A stretch of DNA of 63,869 nt, taken from a virus. Its lineage: Duplodnaviria > Caudoviricetes. This document shows, in pieces, positions 29,196-40,017 of the stretch. A program made the position numbers and the translations under genes. Where the stretch lies: positions 1-63,869 of the IMG/VR virus record IMGVR_UViG_3300027816_000108; one strand, written 5' to 3'. Within the stretch, counting starts at the first letter, position 1. Each line of letters begins with the position of its first letter. The notes under the pieces are model-generated. The model was not told the DNA's origin, did no database searches, and saw nothing but the letters and a program-made list of their open reading frames with translations.

Positions 29196-30811
29196 TGGCA
29201 GTAGATATTATATTTCGTTCAGGCAATGGCAACCCGCTAAGTTCAGCGCAGGTTGATTCCAATTTTAAAGCCCTAAAAGTAGCCGTTGAAGCCCTGCAAG
29301 TTGCGGGTAGTGGCGTAACAAGTGTTGGGCTTAGTATGCCATCAGGATTTGCGGTAGCCAATAGCCCCGTAACGGGTGCAGGTACACTTGCTGTTACAAC
29401 CACATTAAACGGGTTTGTAAAGGGCAATGGTAGTGGTTTTACCGCAGCAGCAAACGTAAACGCAGCCACAGAATTAACGGGTGTAGTTCCCATAGCCAAT
29501 GGGGGTACAAACGACAATGGTTCATCATACGCAAGCAATAGGGTGTTGGTGTATAACGGAACAAAATTTGTTACCGCATCAACCACCACTACTGAGGTTA
29601 ATTACCTTAGCGGTGTGACAAGTAGCGTACAAACCCAAATCAACGGTAAAGAAAATACTATTACAACCCTGCCAATCAATAAAGGGGGTACGGGATTAAC
29701 CGCAACACCAACCAACGGACAGTTGTTTATAGGCAACGGTTCGGGCTATACCCTTGCAAATATTACATCATCAGACGGTAGCGTAAGCGTAACCAATGGT
29801 GCGGGTAGTGTGAATTTAACTACCGCAGTAAACATTGATAATACCGCATTTGTAGCCAAAAACGGAAACGATGCAACGGCAACGGTAAATTCGGTTGTTA
29901 ATAAGTATTTGACTATTGGTGCAGCCTTAGCGGCAGCGGGAGCAGACACCGTGTTTGTTTACGCAGGAACATACACCGAAGACATTACCCTTAACAATGG
30001 TCAAAAGGTTTATTTACAAGCAGGTGCTATAATAGACGGAACGGTAACAATGGGTAATGGAACTAACTATATATTGGGTGAGGGTTCAATAGAAAAGAGT
30101 TCAGCAGGTGATGCCGTATTAATCAACGGTAATGGCTCATCATTTAACTACATAGGTTGCTTCCAAGTAATAGGCGGAACAAATGCAACGGGACACGCTG
30201 TTAGAAAAACAGGTAGCGGATATGCTGAAATTACCCCCACTTGTAGGGCTATATATGCACGTAGCGGTAGTGATATGGCTATTGACAACCAAGCGGGTAC
30301 AATGCACATCTTTTGTCAATTTGTACAAATTACGGGGGGTACATCAATAACCACCGCATTGATTAAAAACTCGGCTACAATGTTGTTGGATATTGACCAA
30401 TTCACCACATCAGAAACAAGTGCCACCCCTGCATTATTGATTGCGGGTAGCGGTAGCAGCAGATACTACTTTAACTTGTGTACGGGATTTGTAGAAATAA
30501 CGGGTACGGGTAAAAACAATATACGTGCTAAAGGTTCAACGGGCGCAATAAAAGTAAACACGGGTAGATACCCGATTAACATTACCACAGCATCCGCAAC
30601 AGCAATAAAAGTAAGTAATATGAACCTTGCGGTAGTGGGATACGGTGGAACAGACAGGGGGATACGTTGTTCAGCAGCCAATCAAACGGTTTGGATTGAC
30701 GGCAGGGTGGTATCAAACGTTGACCATTCAAAAGCCCCTGACCCATTTGCTATTACAATCACGGGCGGAACATTTACAGTTAATACAGCACTTGACACAA
30801 CTAACCCATAA
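29195..30811 (+). CDS. Tail fiber/spike with beta-helix-like C-terminus
   Basis: LSSAQVDSNF N-terminus, PIANGGT/PINKGGTG repeats, TIGAALAAA...VYAGTY.E pectin-lyase-like start. Confidence 0.75.
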   Translation: MAVDIIFRSGNGNPLSSAQVDSNFKALKVAVEALQVAGSGVTSVGLSMPSGFAVANSPVTGAGTLAVTTTLNGFVKGNGSGFTAAANVNAATELTGVVPIANGGTNDNGSSYASNRVLVYNGTKFVTASTTTTEVNYLSGVTSSVQTQINGKENTITTLPINKGGTGLTATPTNGQLFIGNGSGYTLANITSSDGSVSVTNGAGSVNLTTAVNIDNTAFVAKNGNDATATVNSVVNKYLTIGAALAAAGADTVFVYAGTYTEDITLNNGQKVYLQAGAIIDGTVTMGNGTNYILGEGSIEKSSAGDAVLINGNGSSFNYIGCFQVIGGTNATGHAVRKTGSGYAEITPTCRAIYARSGSDMAIDNQAGTMHIFCQFVQITGGTSITTALIKNSATMLLDIDQFTTSETSATPALLIAGSGSSRYYFNLCTGFVEITGTGKNNIRAKGSTGAIKVNTGRYPINITTASATAIKVSNMNLAVVGYGGTDRGIRCSAANQTVWIDGRVVSNVDHSKAPDPFAITITGGTFTVNTALDTTNP

Positions 30812-31674
30812 TGGCAAACGAACTACTCATATCATACGACAGGTACACCTTACAGCAAATTGATATTTACGATGCCACAGATTATCCTATCGGGCTTGTA
30901 ACAAAAAACAGTATCAATCAAACAAGGTTTTTATTTGCCACCGTAAACACAATTAACAATCGGCAATTAGACGTAACAACCCTTGAAGCGTATAAGGAAT
31001 ATGACCTTGTAGGAACGGGTAGTATTACGGTAAACGGTGTAACATATAGTGCAGGCAGTAGCGTAGTGTTTGCCAATGACGAAACCCCGACTATCCCCGC
31101 AGGATTAACGATAAACGAAAGCGGTTATTATGTGCCGTACAGCACGTATATTCCAAGTGTAGATGACTATGCAACCATTATCCCAAGTTCAATGGGCTTA
31201 ACGGGTAATGTATTCCCCGATAGCGTAATACACATTATCTACGAAACATACACCACCGAATACCTTGCAGGCGCAACTGCCCCGTCAGGCACATACATAG
31301 TGCAGGGGACACAAGGCGATAGTATATCCATAGGGGGTGAAACCTATTATGTTGGTGAGGTATTTACAAAAGGTGGTTCATTTACATTTACCAATAACGC
31401 AGGAACAAATAAAGTTGTAAAGTATTTCCAAAGCGGTGATGCCTATACGTGGACAGACTACAACGCCTATCAGGTGTATGAAAGTTACGTACAAGCCCTT
31501 GCACAGGGGAAATGCGGATGTGATAGTGATTTTGTAGGAAACTACTTAAAGGTTTACAGCCTATTAAACAGTTTGTACATATCGGCTGAACGAGATGTAA
31601 ACGTAGATACAGATTCAATGCAAGCAGCATTAGATGAAATCAATACATTGTACAGTGTAAAACCCATGTGCTAA
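30811..31674 (+). CDS. Virion structural protein, paralog of 27965..28867
   Basis: TYYVGEVFT, GKCGC. Confidence 0.55.
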   Translation: MANELLISYDRYTLQQIDIYDATDYPIGLVTKNSINQTRFLFATVNTINNRQLDVTTLEAYKEYDLVGTGSITVNGVTYSAGSSVVFANDETPTIPAGLTINESGYYVPYSTYIPSVDDYATIIPSSMGLTGNVFPDSVIHIIYETYTTEYLAGATAPSGTYIVQGTQGDSISIGGETYYVGEVFTKGGSFTFTNNAGTNKVVKYFQSGDAYTWTDYNAYQVYESYVQALAQGKCGCDSDFVGNYLKVYSLLNSLYISAERDVNVDTDSMQAALDEINTLYSVKPMC

Positions 31675-31919
31675 TGCCAACCCGTAACAGTACACAGATA
31701 AACACATTGTTTGATAAGGTAGTAGCCAAGTACATAGGTTATATGGAAAGCTACATACAAGCCCGTGAAAATGGGTATGCCACATTATCAAACCAAGTAG
31801 GATTAGCATCATTGGTAATGGACTTTGTAGATGAAGCCACGCAGACAGACAACCCCGATTTAACATTAACAAACGAAGCATTAGACTATACAATAAACAA
31901 TATTTATGGCACTTACTAA
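31674..31919 (+). CDS. Small structural protein
   Basis: TAATG coupling; N-terminus resembles 28899..29195 (QI.TL). Confidence 0.55.
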   Translation: MPTRNSTQINTLFDKVVAKYIGYMESYIQARENGYATLSNQVGLASLVMDFVDEATQTDNPDLTLTNEALDYTINNIYGTY

Positions 31920-32985
31920 TTTAAAAGCCCCGATACCAAAGAATCTGATTGACCTTTTAGCCAATGCGCTGAATAGTATTACATCCCTTGTATGGGGTAA
32001 TATAACAGGTACGCTATCCGACCAAACCGATTTGCAAAACGCATTAAACGCAAAGCAAAACACCCTTGTTAGTGGTACAAACATTAAAACCGTAAATGGC
32101 AGCAGCGTGTTAGGTAGTGGTGATTTACCTATACCCGCAGCGGGAAATACGGGTGAAATACAATTTAACAATGGCGATGTTTTTGCATCCGATACAAACT
32201 TGTATTGGGATAATGCCAACAATTACTTGGGTGTAGGTGCTAATACAGGATTAAACGCAAACGTAACCATAAAAGGGTATGGCACGGGTAACACGGCTAA
32301 CGTAAGCGTGACCAACTCAGCGGGTGGCAAAATTATCAGAAGTACAAATAACGGATATGTTTTTATTGGCAACAATAGTTCAGACGGTGTATTTATAGGC
32401 AGTAGTTTCCAAACAAATGAAGTTCCAACTATAACAGAAACGGGGCAGAACAACCTTGTATTCTCTACGGCATTAGGCAATGTTGCAGGACACGGGTTTA
32501 TATTTACGAACCCCACGTTTACATTTAGCCCCCCAAGCGGTACAACCAATGTAATTACATTTGGTGATATTGAGTTTGTGGCAAATTCGGGAACGGGTAA
32601 TTTTACAGCCTACAACATTAACCCCGTAATTAATCAAACATTAACGGCTACGGGTATAGTTAGGGGAGTATTGTATAAACCAAGCATTACAAGTATCACG
32701 GGTGAGCACAGAGCAATTGAAACAACAGAGGGTGATGTGTTATTTGGGACTACAAGTGGTACGGTTAAAATAGGCACAACAGCAAGCCCACAAACGCAAT
32801 TTAAAAGCACGGGTGAGTTTGGGTTTGGTGGCGCAACACCGACATCCCCACAAACGGGTTGGGGGGTAGCAAATCCCGTAACCAACAGGGCGTTAGACGT
32901 TAGTGCAGCTACATTAGCACAAGTAACACAGGTGCTTGGAACGCTGATAGATGACCTAAAAGCAAAGGGCATAATTACTACATAA
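31906..32985 (+). CDS. Tail fiber protein
   Basis: WGNITGTLSDQTDLQNALNAKQNTLVSGTNIKTVNG, GEIQFNNG; G/T/N-rich. Confidence 0.75.
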   Translation: MALTNLKAPIPKNLIDLLANALNSITSLVWGNITGTLSDQTDLQNALNAKQNTLVSGTNIKTVNGSSVLGSGDLPIPAAGNTGEIQFNNGDVFASDTNLYWDNANNYLGVGANTGLNANVTIKGYGTGNTANVSVTNSAGGKIIRSTNNGYVFIGNNSSDGVFIGSSFQTNEVPTITETGQNNLVFSTALGNVAGHGFIFTNPTFTFSPPSGTTNVITFGDIEFVANSGTGNFTAYNINPVINQTLTATGIVRGVLYKPSITSITGEHRAIETTEGDVLFGTTSGTVKIGTTASPQTQFKSTGEFGFGGATPTSPQTGWGVANPVTNRALDVSAATLAQVTQVLGTLIDDLKAKGIITT

Positions 32986-33002
32986 AATGAAAGGAACGGT
33001 AA

Positions 33003-33287
33003 ATGGACAGGATAAAGCAATTAGAAGAGGAGATTGCGTACTTAAAACGTGACCCCTCAGCAAAGTTTTACGCAGCACTTGTAGAAGCAGTAGAAGGTGT
33101 AACGGTTTTGATTAAGAGTAAGAAGTTAGACCTTGAAAGCGATGTGTATGCAAAATCAGTAATTATCCTTGCGGAAAAAAGCGATAAGATATTCAATGGC
33201 TTACGCAAGGGTTTGGAAATGTTTAACCAATCCGAGCAGGACGAAAAGCCCACAAAGGCTAAAAAGAGTGAAACACGGGCGATATGA
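33003..33287 (+). CDS. Putative terminase small subunit
   Basis: Small helical ORF overlapping the TerL start; positional call. Confidence 0.4.
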   Translation: MDRIKQLEEEIAYLKRDPSAKFYAALVEAVEGVTVLIKSKKLDLESDVYAKSVIILAEKSDKIFNGLRKGLEMFNQSEQDEKPTKAKKSETRAI

Positions 33288-35107
33288 CGACAATCATAGA
33301 CAACACAAAACCCCGTGCCCCGATATTTGAATATGAACCAACACCAATATTTCGAACAACTTTAGAGGAACAGAAGTATTGGCAAGAAGAAAAGCGCAGG
33401 TGGTTAGAGGGCTATGGGGAAATGACAGGCCCACTATACTATTACGCCACGCAGATAAAGCTAAAAGACCGTTTAACGGGTAGGATATTCCGACCAACGG
33501 TACGGGATGCAGACCTCATCATATTTAAGGCAATAGAAGATGCACAAAAAGAGGGCAACGCACTTTATTTTTTAAAGGCACGTGGTATAGGATTTAGTTC
33601 AATAGGCATGGCATTGCCGTTTTATTATTTTAGGGTATTCCCGAATAGTAACTGCGTAGCCACAAGCAAAGATAAGAAGACCCTTGCAACGCTGTTTAAG
33701 GACAAGACAATTATAGCGTATGAGAATTTTGAAAGCCCCTATGTAAAACCCGATATATTGGCAAAGAACGAAACCGCCAATGAATCGTATTTATCGGTGG
33801 GGATGAAATACCTAAACGAAGACGGAAAGGAAAAGTACGCCACAAGCAATTTATATTGTAGGGATACGCAGGAAAGTGATAAGGCAGCAACCAACTTTTC
33901 GGGTGGTGGTGCGATATACGGGTTTGCGGACGAAGCAAGTTTGATGCCCCGACTAATGCTGTTTTTTAACTCAGCTATTGAGATATTCAAAAACACCGAT
34001 GGAAAGATAGCAGGTACACTTGTAATGGGTGGAACAGCCGAAGCAAGCATGGGCGCAGAGCATATCCAAAAGATACAGGGGATATGGGAAAACGCAGATG
34101 CGCTAAACATTAAGCCCCTATTTTTACCCGCAACGTATGGCAAGTACATGACAAACGGATGGAGTGACCACAAAAAAGCCGAAGAAGAGATACTAAAAGA
34201 ACGGGAAAAGAAAGCCAAGTTAAATGACGGGGGTGAATCGTTAAAGGCGTATATTAAAAACCACCCCCTAACCATTGAAGATATATTTGATTTCGGGGGT
34301 AGTTCAAGGTTTGATGACTATGCGGTACAATGTATTAACGAACAAACCAAAATAGTGTTAAAAGACCCCGCAATGCCCAAGTACGATATAATTGAAAGCA
34401 ACGGGGAAGTGGTAGCCGTACCCACAAAAAACGGGAAAATAGAGATATTGGAACACCCCAAGCCCAATGTGAAGTATGTTATAGGGATTGACGGTATTAT
34501 GACCTCGCAGCTAACAAGCAGCGAAAAAGATAGCAAGACATCAAAGTTTTCATGTATAACCATGAAGGGGGTTGACCCGCAAGCAGATTTGCAGTTTGCC
34601 CCGATATGCAGATATAGTGAACGCCCCAAGTCCATACAAGACGCAAACGAAACAGCCATACGCATATTGAAGTATTACAACAAATACGATAAAGCAGGTA
34701 TGATAGGGGAATTGAACGCAGGGGGTGAGCATATTGTAAAGTTAGCCATGACAAAAGGATTGTTTCACAAAATGATAATCCGAAAAGACCTAAATAAAAA
34801 AGGGTTTGTAGATACCAACAAAGTTTGGTTTTACCGAAACGATGCGATAAAAGAGTGGCAGAACGAAGCAGCCAACGTGTACTTTAAAAAATATGCAGGT
34901 ATGGTAAAGTACATTGACCTGCTAAAAGACGCACAAAAGAATATCACAGACAATACGGACGACCTTGATGCATTTATGGCTTGTTTGTATGGGTGGGGAA
35001 CGGGGGATTTGTTGGAAGAAAAAACCGTAGAACGCAAGCCCCGAAAGATAAGCATTTGCAGGTGGAATCCCCTTACAAATAAATACGAATGGACAGAGGT
35101 AGGATAG
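33284..35107 (+). CDS. terL: Terminase large subunit
   Basis: LKARGIGFS Walker A variant, FADEAS Walker B, IGIDG and DDLDA nuclease aspartates. Confidence 0.85.
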   Translation: MTTIIDNTKPRAPIFEYEPTPIFRTTLEEQKYWQEEKRRWLEGYGEMTGPLYYYATQIKLKDRLTGRIFRPTVRDADLIIFKAIEDAQKEGNALYFLKARGIGFSSIGMALPFYYFRVFPNSNCVATSKDKKTLATLFKDKTIIAYENFESPYVKPDILAKNETANESYLSVGMKYLNEDGKEKYATSNLYCRDTQESDKAATNFSGGGAIYGFADEASLMPRLMLFFNSAIEIFKNTDGKIAGTLVMGGTAEASMGAEHIQKIQGIWENADALNIKPLFLPATYGKYMTNGWSDHKKAEEEILKEREKKAKLNDGGESLKAYIKNHPLTIEDIFDFGGSSRFDDYAVQCINEQTKIVLKDPAMPKYDIIESNGEVVAVPTKNGKIEILEHPKPNVKYVIGIDGIMTSQLTSSEKDSKTSKFSCITMKGVDPQADLQFAPICRYSERPKSIQDANETAIRILKYYNKYDKAGMIGELNAGGEHIVKLAMTKGLFHKMIIRKDLNKKGFVDTNKVWFYRNDAIKEWQNEAANVYFKKYAGMVKYIDLLKDAQKNITDNTDDLDAFMACLYGWGTGDLLEEKTVERKPRKISICRWNPLTNKYEWTEVG

Positions 35108-35158
35108 TGTTTGTTAAATTAGACATTTAATGTTATATTTGTCCAATATACTGCATAT

Positions 35159-37276
35159 ATGAACCCAAGTGTATTACCATATTCCCCGTTAGCGGTACAA
35201 CCCTCACAGCGTAAAAAGGATTGGACAGAAGAAGACTATATCTCAAACCTGCGTTGGTTATCTTCACAATACAACAGACCCATATTTGATTATGGGTACA
35301 GCACCACAACGGGTAGAGCAGCCGTAGTTCCGAATTGGGTACAGAATTACATAGCCAACGAATCATATTACCAACAAAGGCAAGCCATTACCCCATACGG
35401 TTTTTTTGCGGTTGACGAAACCAATAAGCCTACAAGCACAATCATGTATCAGGGTTCAGACATACGTGAGTTGATTGACCAAGTGGTAGGTAATTTGATG
35501 CAGCCGTTAAAGACATTGCCAAAAATGATTACGGCAATATCGGTAAGCCCCAATGCGGTTACACGCAAAATGATATTAAAGGACTTAGCGAAACTGCGTG
35601 TAGCAAACAAAGTTTATTTTGATATTTTAGAAGATATTTCGGGTGTGGGCTTTCAGCCAATGGGCGATTTGGACTTTGAGGACGAAGCGCAGATTGAGCA
35701 GTTTTTTACCACATTCCGTGATGACTTAGAAAAAGCCTACATAGCCCTTGCAAAAGATTCTTGTTACAGAAACCATTGGATAGAAGTATTTAGTAAATCA
35801 GCCCTTTACTATTGTATTGGGGGATTTGCCATGATGCGCCATAGTGTACGTAACGGCAAAGTTTGGTGGGATATTGTAGAACCCCGTAACGCAATATGGG
35901 ATAATTTCCGAAGCAGCGACCAACACAGATATGACCGTTTTGCAGGTGAAGTACGCATGATGACCATACCTGAATTGGTAACATTGTACGACTTTACCGA
36001 ACAAGAACAAAAGGAACTTGAAACCATAGCCCAAAGCCGTGATTCATGGACAACCTATAATTGGGTGTACGGTGGATATACATTCTATTGGTGGAACAGC
36101 GACAATAAAGGTGTTCCCGTAGTAGCAACCGTAGAGGGACAATGGCGTTCACTTGAATTTGTAAACGGTGAGTGGATTGAAGTAATCCGTGAGGGTGTAT
36201 TAATCGGTAACAAATACATCAAAAATTACGGTATATCCAAGAACACCCCCGAAGAACGTGATGACAAGAGCAAACTTAAATTCAGGTATGTAACCGTTAC
36301 CCCAAGTGTACTTTCAGGGGTAAACATGAGTATGATTGACGTACTCAAAAAATATCAGGATTTAAAAGATGCGTTCAAAACAAAACTGATTCAGTTAGTA
36401 GCCCGTTCAAAGGGTAAGGGATATTTTGTAAACGCCAACAAATTGCCCGAAGGCATGAACACTCCTGAGATTATATCGCAGTTATCCCAAGCAGGTATAG
36501 CGGTGCTTGAGGGTGATTTGATTGACGAGGGTAACAACAGCAAAGGCACACGTTTGGTTGAGCAGATTGACATGACCCTTGACCCAAGCATATTAGGGCT
36601 TGCACAATTGATACAGCAGGAACGAAACTACATGGACAATATTATATCCATGCCTGCGTCAGCACGTGGCGTAGTAACAAACTACCAAAGTGCAGACCAA
36701 ATAATGAGCAACATACAGCAATCCCGTGCAGGGCTTGACTATTTCTATACATCGTTCTATACGTGGGTACTGCGTAACCTTGAGTTAAGCGCAGACATGA
36801 TGAAAAACCTGATAGGCACAGAAGAGGATGACGAAGAGTACACCCCGTTGATTGTAGGTGATACTATGTATGAGATGCTTAAAATGGAAAACATAGCCGA
36901 AATGCCATTTACTGATTTTGCTATGAGCCTAAGCATTGATGACTTCGCCAACGAACAAGACAAGAAGATGATGCAGCAGGTAGCATTGCAACTTGCCACA
37001 GCAGGGGCTATTACAATGGCAGACTACACAAGACTGCTATCCATGACAAGCAAAACAGAAATAGCTAATTATTTCCAATACATTGACGAGAAGAAGAAGC
37101 AAGAGCAGATGATGATGCAGCAGCAACAAGCAGAACAAGCTATTCAACAGCAAGAGATGTCACGTCAAACACAGCTTGATTCAACAGCTATATCAGCCGA
37201 TGCGGGTATTCAAAAAGAGTTGATTAAGCAGGATACAGAATTAGCAAAGATGGATAGAAATGAATCACTTGGATAG
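35159..37276 (+). CDS. Portal protein
   Basis: 705 aa directly after TerL with a Gln-rich C-terminal barrel. Confidence 0.8.
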   Translation: MNPSVLPYSPLAVQPSQRKKDWTEEDYISNLRWLSSQYNRPIFDYGYSTTTGRAAVVPNWVQNYIANESYYQQRQAITPYGFFAVDETNKPTSTIMYQGSDIRELIDQVVGNLMQPLKTLPKMITAISVSPNAVTRKMILKDLAKLRVANKVYFDILEDISGVGFQPMGDLDFEDEAQIEQFFTTFRDDLEKAYIALAKDSCYRNHWIEVFSKSALYYCIGGFAMMRHSVRNGKVWWDIVEPRNAIWDNFRSSDQHRYDRFAGEVRMMTIPELVTLYDFTEQEQKELETIAQSRDSWTTYNWVYGGYTFYWWNSDNKGVPVVATVEGQWRSLEFVNGEWIEVIREGVLIGNKYIKNYGISKNTPEERDDKSKLKFRYVTVTPSVLSGVNMSMIDVLKKYQDLKDAFKTKLIQLVARSKGKGYFVNANKLPEGMNTPEIISQLSQAGIAVLEGDLIDEGNNSKGTRLVEQIDMTLDPSILGLAQLIQQERNYMDNIISMPASARGVVTNYQSADQIMSNIQQSRAGLDYFYTSFYTWVLRNLELSADMMKNLIGTEEDDEEYTPLIVGDTMYEMLKMENIAEMPFTDFAMSLSIDDFANEQDKKMMQQVALQLATAGAITMADYTRLLSMTSKTEIANYFQYIDEKKKQEQMMMQQQQAEQAIQQQEMSRQTQLDSTAISADAGIQKELIKQDTELAKMDRNESLG

Positions 37277-37453
37277 GAAACTTTCCACCAAGACTTTCAC
37301 CCACATAGATTCGGTATTAACACCGATACCTTTCATCTTATTCATTAAAAGTTCATAGCGTGCGGGGCTGATACGTCCCGTTAAACGAACCATTTTGTAG
37401 TCGCTTTTTGCGGCTTCAAGTTTATCTTCTTGTTTTTTAAAATCCATAGGCAC
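37265..37453 (-). CDS. Small RHH-like DNA-binding protein, antisense to the head operon
   Basis: VRLTGRIS strand plus two helices; TATCTTTG promoter at 37482..37475. Confidence 0.5.
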   Translation of the reverse strand: MPMDFKKQEDKLEAAKSDYKMVRLTGRISPARYELLMNKMKGIGVNTESMWVKVLVESFLSK

Positions 37454-37542
37454 AAGTTGTCACAAATTGACACCCAAAGATAAGGCATTACATATTAATG
37501 TCCAAACTGTTATACTATTTTTGTATAAAAAATTGGACATTT

Positions 37543-38643
37543 ATGGAAGGTAATGAAGATTTTAAAGTGTTAGACGATTTTGATATGGAGGCATTTCTTG
37601 CTCAGAATCAAAACGCTACCACAGAAAAAACAGAAGAAAAGCAGGAGAGTACCCCTGCTGCCGAAACAACTGAAGCCACAACCGAAGCGGTAACAACCGA
37701 ACAGGTGCAGGACGAAGAAGAAGGCGAAAGTGGTACTAAGTTCTTACAATTTTTGACAGGCGAAACACAAGCCACTACAAGTGAAGAAGAAACCAAGAAA
37801 GCCGAAGTTCCGCAGGAAATCCTGAGTGAACTTGAATCGTACAAAGAGAAGCTATCTAAGTACGAAAGAAATCAGTTTCTGAAAGCAGTAGTGGAAATGG
37901 GTTTAAACCCTGATGACGCAAAGGCTATTGCCAAAGAGATTTTGGGAACAGACGTAAGCAATATGTCCGTAAATGACTTACTTGCAATGGATACCAAATC
38001 TGAAACAGGCTTAGACGGTGATGACTTGCAGGATGCTATTGACGCTGAGATTTCGTATTACGAATCATTAACCCCACGTCAAAAGGCGCAGTTTGAAAAA
38101 GAACTACGTGGCAAGTACAACCAAACATCCGAAAGCAAATTGCTGAAAAGTATTTTGGAATCAACCCCAAAAGAACAGCAAAAGATGTCACAGGAACAGA
38201 TTGATGCTATGCTTGCCGAAGACCGCAGACAACTCAATGAAGTTGTAAAGCAGTTTGTGGGGCAAGATTTAATGGGATTTAAAGTTGACGAATCGGTGGC
38301 CAAACAGATTATTGATTCGTATGACAACTACCCGTTCAAGCATTTCAACGATGACGGCACGTTCAACGCAAAGGACTACGCTACCGATGTATTTATCAAA
38401 GCTAATTTCAACAAGATTGTAAATAGCGCAGTAGAATACGGTAAGCAGGTAGCCCTGAAACAAAGAACTAACCCTGATAAAAACGGGGTAGCAGGTGGCG
38501 CAGGAACACCGTCAACAGACAATCGCAAGCCCATAGAAAAGTTAGCAGAAGCTATTGACAACGATGAAGTCAAGGTGTATGGTAACGATGAGTTGCCCGA
38601 AGATGTAAGAAGAGTATTAGAACAACATTTAAAAAACAAATAA
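37543..38643 (+). CDS. Putative scaffolding protein
   Basis: Acidic, between portal and capsid genes. Confidence 0.6.
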   Translation: MEGNEDFKVLDDFDMEAFLAQNQNATTEKTEEKQESTPAAETTEATTEAVTTEQVQDEEEGESGTKFLQFLTGETQATTSEEETKKAEVPQEILSELESYKEKLSKYERNQFLKAVVEMGLNPDDAKAIAKEILGTDVSNMSVNDLLAMDTKSETGLDGDDLQDAIDAEISYYESLTPRQKAQFEKELRGKYNQTSESKLLKSILESTPKEQQKMSQEQIDAMLAEDRRQLNEVVKQFVGQDLMGFKVDESVAKQIIDSYDNYPFKHFNDDGTFNAKDYATDVFIKANFNKIVNSAVEYGKQVALKQRTNPDKNGVAGGAGTPSTDNRKPIEKLAEAIDNDEVKVYGNDELPEDVRRVLEQHLKNK

Positions 38644-38655
38644 AAAAAGTAGATT

Positions 38656-39996
38656 ATGGCATTAAATTCACCATTTATCAATCCAAATCTGCCCCTGAAA
38701 TCAGTATTTGAGTTGAACGAACTCAATTACAGGCAGGTTGAGAAGCTCGTGCCCAAAATGGCACCCGCCTTCCAACGAAGTGTGATTTCTATCATCAGTG
38801 AGCAAATGGGTAAACCCGTGATGAAAAAGTCTGCAAACCGTGTGTTTGAGATTTATCGTCAACCTAACGACTACCCTGCTGCAACTATCGCTACAAGAAC
38901 TGCAAGTGGAACTAAACTTGTTCTTGAGTGGACTGATTCAACCTTCCAAGCTATTCGTCAGGGCAACCTTATCATTGCCAACAGCGGATGTCTTGGTTAC
39001 GTAGAAACAGTAGCCGCAGGAACTGTTACCATTGCTTTCTTTGCTAATCCTAACGGAAACACCTCATTCCAATCTGCTGACTTTGCCACAGGCGAATTAG
39101 CTATTGACGGTGGTGACTTAGGAAACCTGAACAACCGTGAATCTAAAACCACTCTGTTCACCCTGCCTATCCAATACAAGAACATTATTGGTCAGATTAA
39201 CGAATCAGTAACTATTGATTTCGAATCTGCTAACCAATACACTTGGATTCAAGGGCCTGACGGACAGATGTACTATGCTCACGCTAAAGTTGCTCAGTCT
39301 ATGGGTCGCATGAAGCAGTACGAATCACTGCGTATGGTAGGTGATTTCCCTGCTGTATTTGACGCTAACAATCCATTGTCAGGTTCACTGCTGTGGCAGA
39401 TTAAGAATCAAGGTGGACGTTCACGTTCTTTCTCAAGTGCTATCACTGAAACAGAATTTTTCGCTGCTGCTGACGACTTCGCAAACGCAGGTGGTTACAC
39501 CTCAAACGAAATCGTGATTGTATGCGGACGTAATTACCTGAGTGATATTCAGAAAAACGTGTTCAAGCAGTTTGTAACAACCGCAGGTAAAACAAACGTA
39601 GTAGGTGGCGAAACCGTAAAAGGTATTGACGCTTACGAATTTGGTTACAACGGTGTAACTTACAAATTTGTTGTTGACCGCTTCCTTGACAACCAACAGT
39701 TGTTCGGACAATCTACAATCTTCACAGGCGAATCTAAGCGTTCACACTCAGCTATTTGGATGTCCACATCCCCTGTTGCTACTGAGAACGGTGGTACTAT
39801 GCCTTTCATCTCTGATTACTACTACGGAGTAGCTGACATTATCGCTACCGAAGTTGACGGTATGATTGATGCAAAAGCTAACCCTGTAAAGAAAGGTGCT
39901 AATGGCAAACTTGCTTCTACCGTAGAACTTTCTCTGAACAAGTGTACACAGTTGAGCAATCCTGCTTCATGTTACTATCACTACACTGAGGCTTAA
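38656..39996 (+). CDS. Major capsid protein
   Basis: Size, position and strongly biased high-expression codon usage. Confidence 0.75.
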   Translation: MALNSPFINPNLPLKSVFELNELNYRQVEKLVPKMAPAFQRSVISIISEQMGKPVMKKSANRVFEIYRQPNDYPAATIATRTASGTKLVLEWTDSTFQAIRQGNLIIANSGCLGYVETVAAGTVTIAFFANPNGNTSFQSADFATGELAIDGGDLGNLNNRESKTTLFTLPIQYKNIIGQINESVTIDFESANQYTWIQGPDGQMYYAHAKVAQSMGRMKQYESLRMVGDFPAVFDANNPLSGSLLWQIKNQGGRSRSFSSAITETEFFAAADDFANAGGYTSNEIVIVCGRNYLSDIQKNVFKQFVTTAGKTNVVGGETVKGIDAYEFGYNGVTYKFVVDRFLDNQQLFGQSTIFTGESKRSHSAIWMSTSPVATENGGTMPFISDYYYGVADIIATEVDGMIDAKANPVKKGANGKLASTVELSLNKCTQLSNPASCYYHYTEA

Positions 39997-40017
39997 TTTT
40001 GAAAGGAGAAAAATAAA

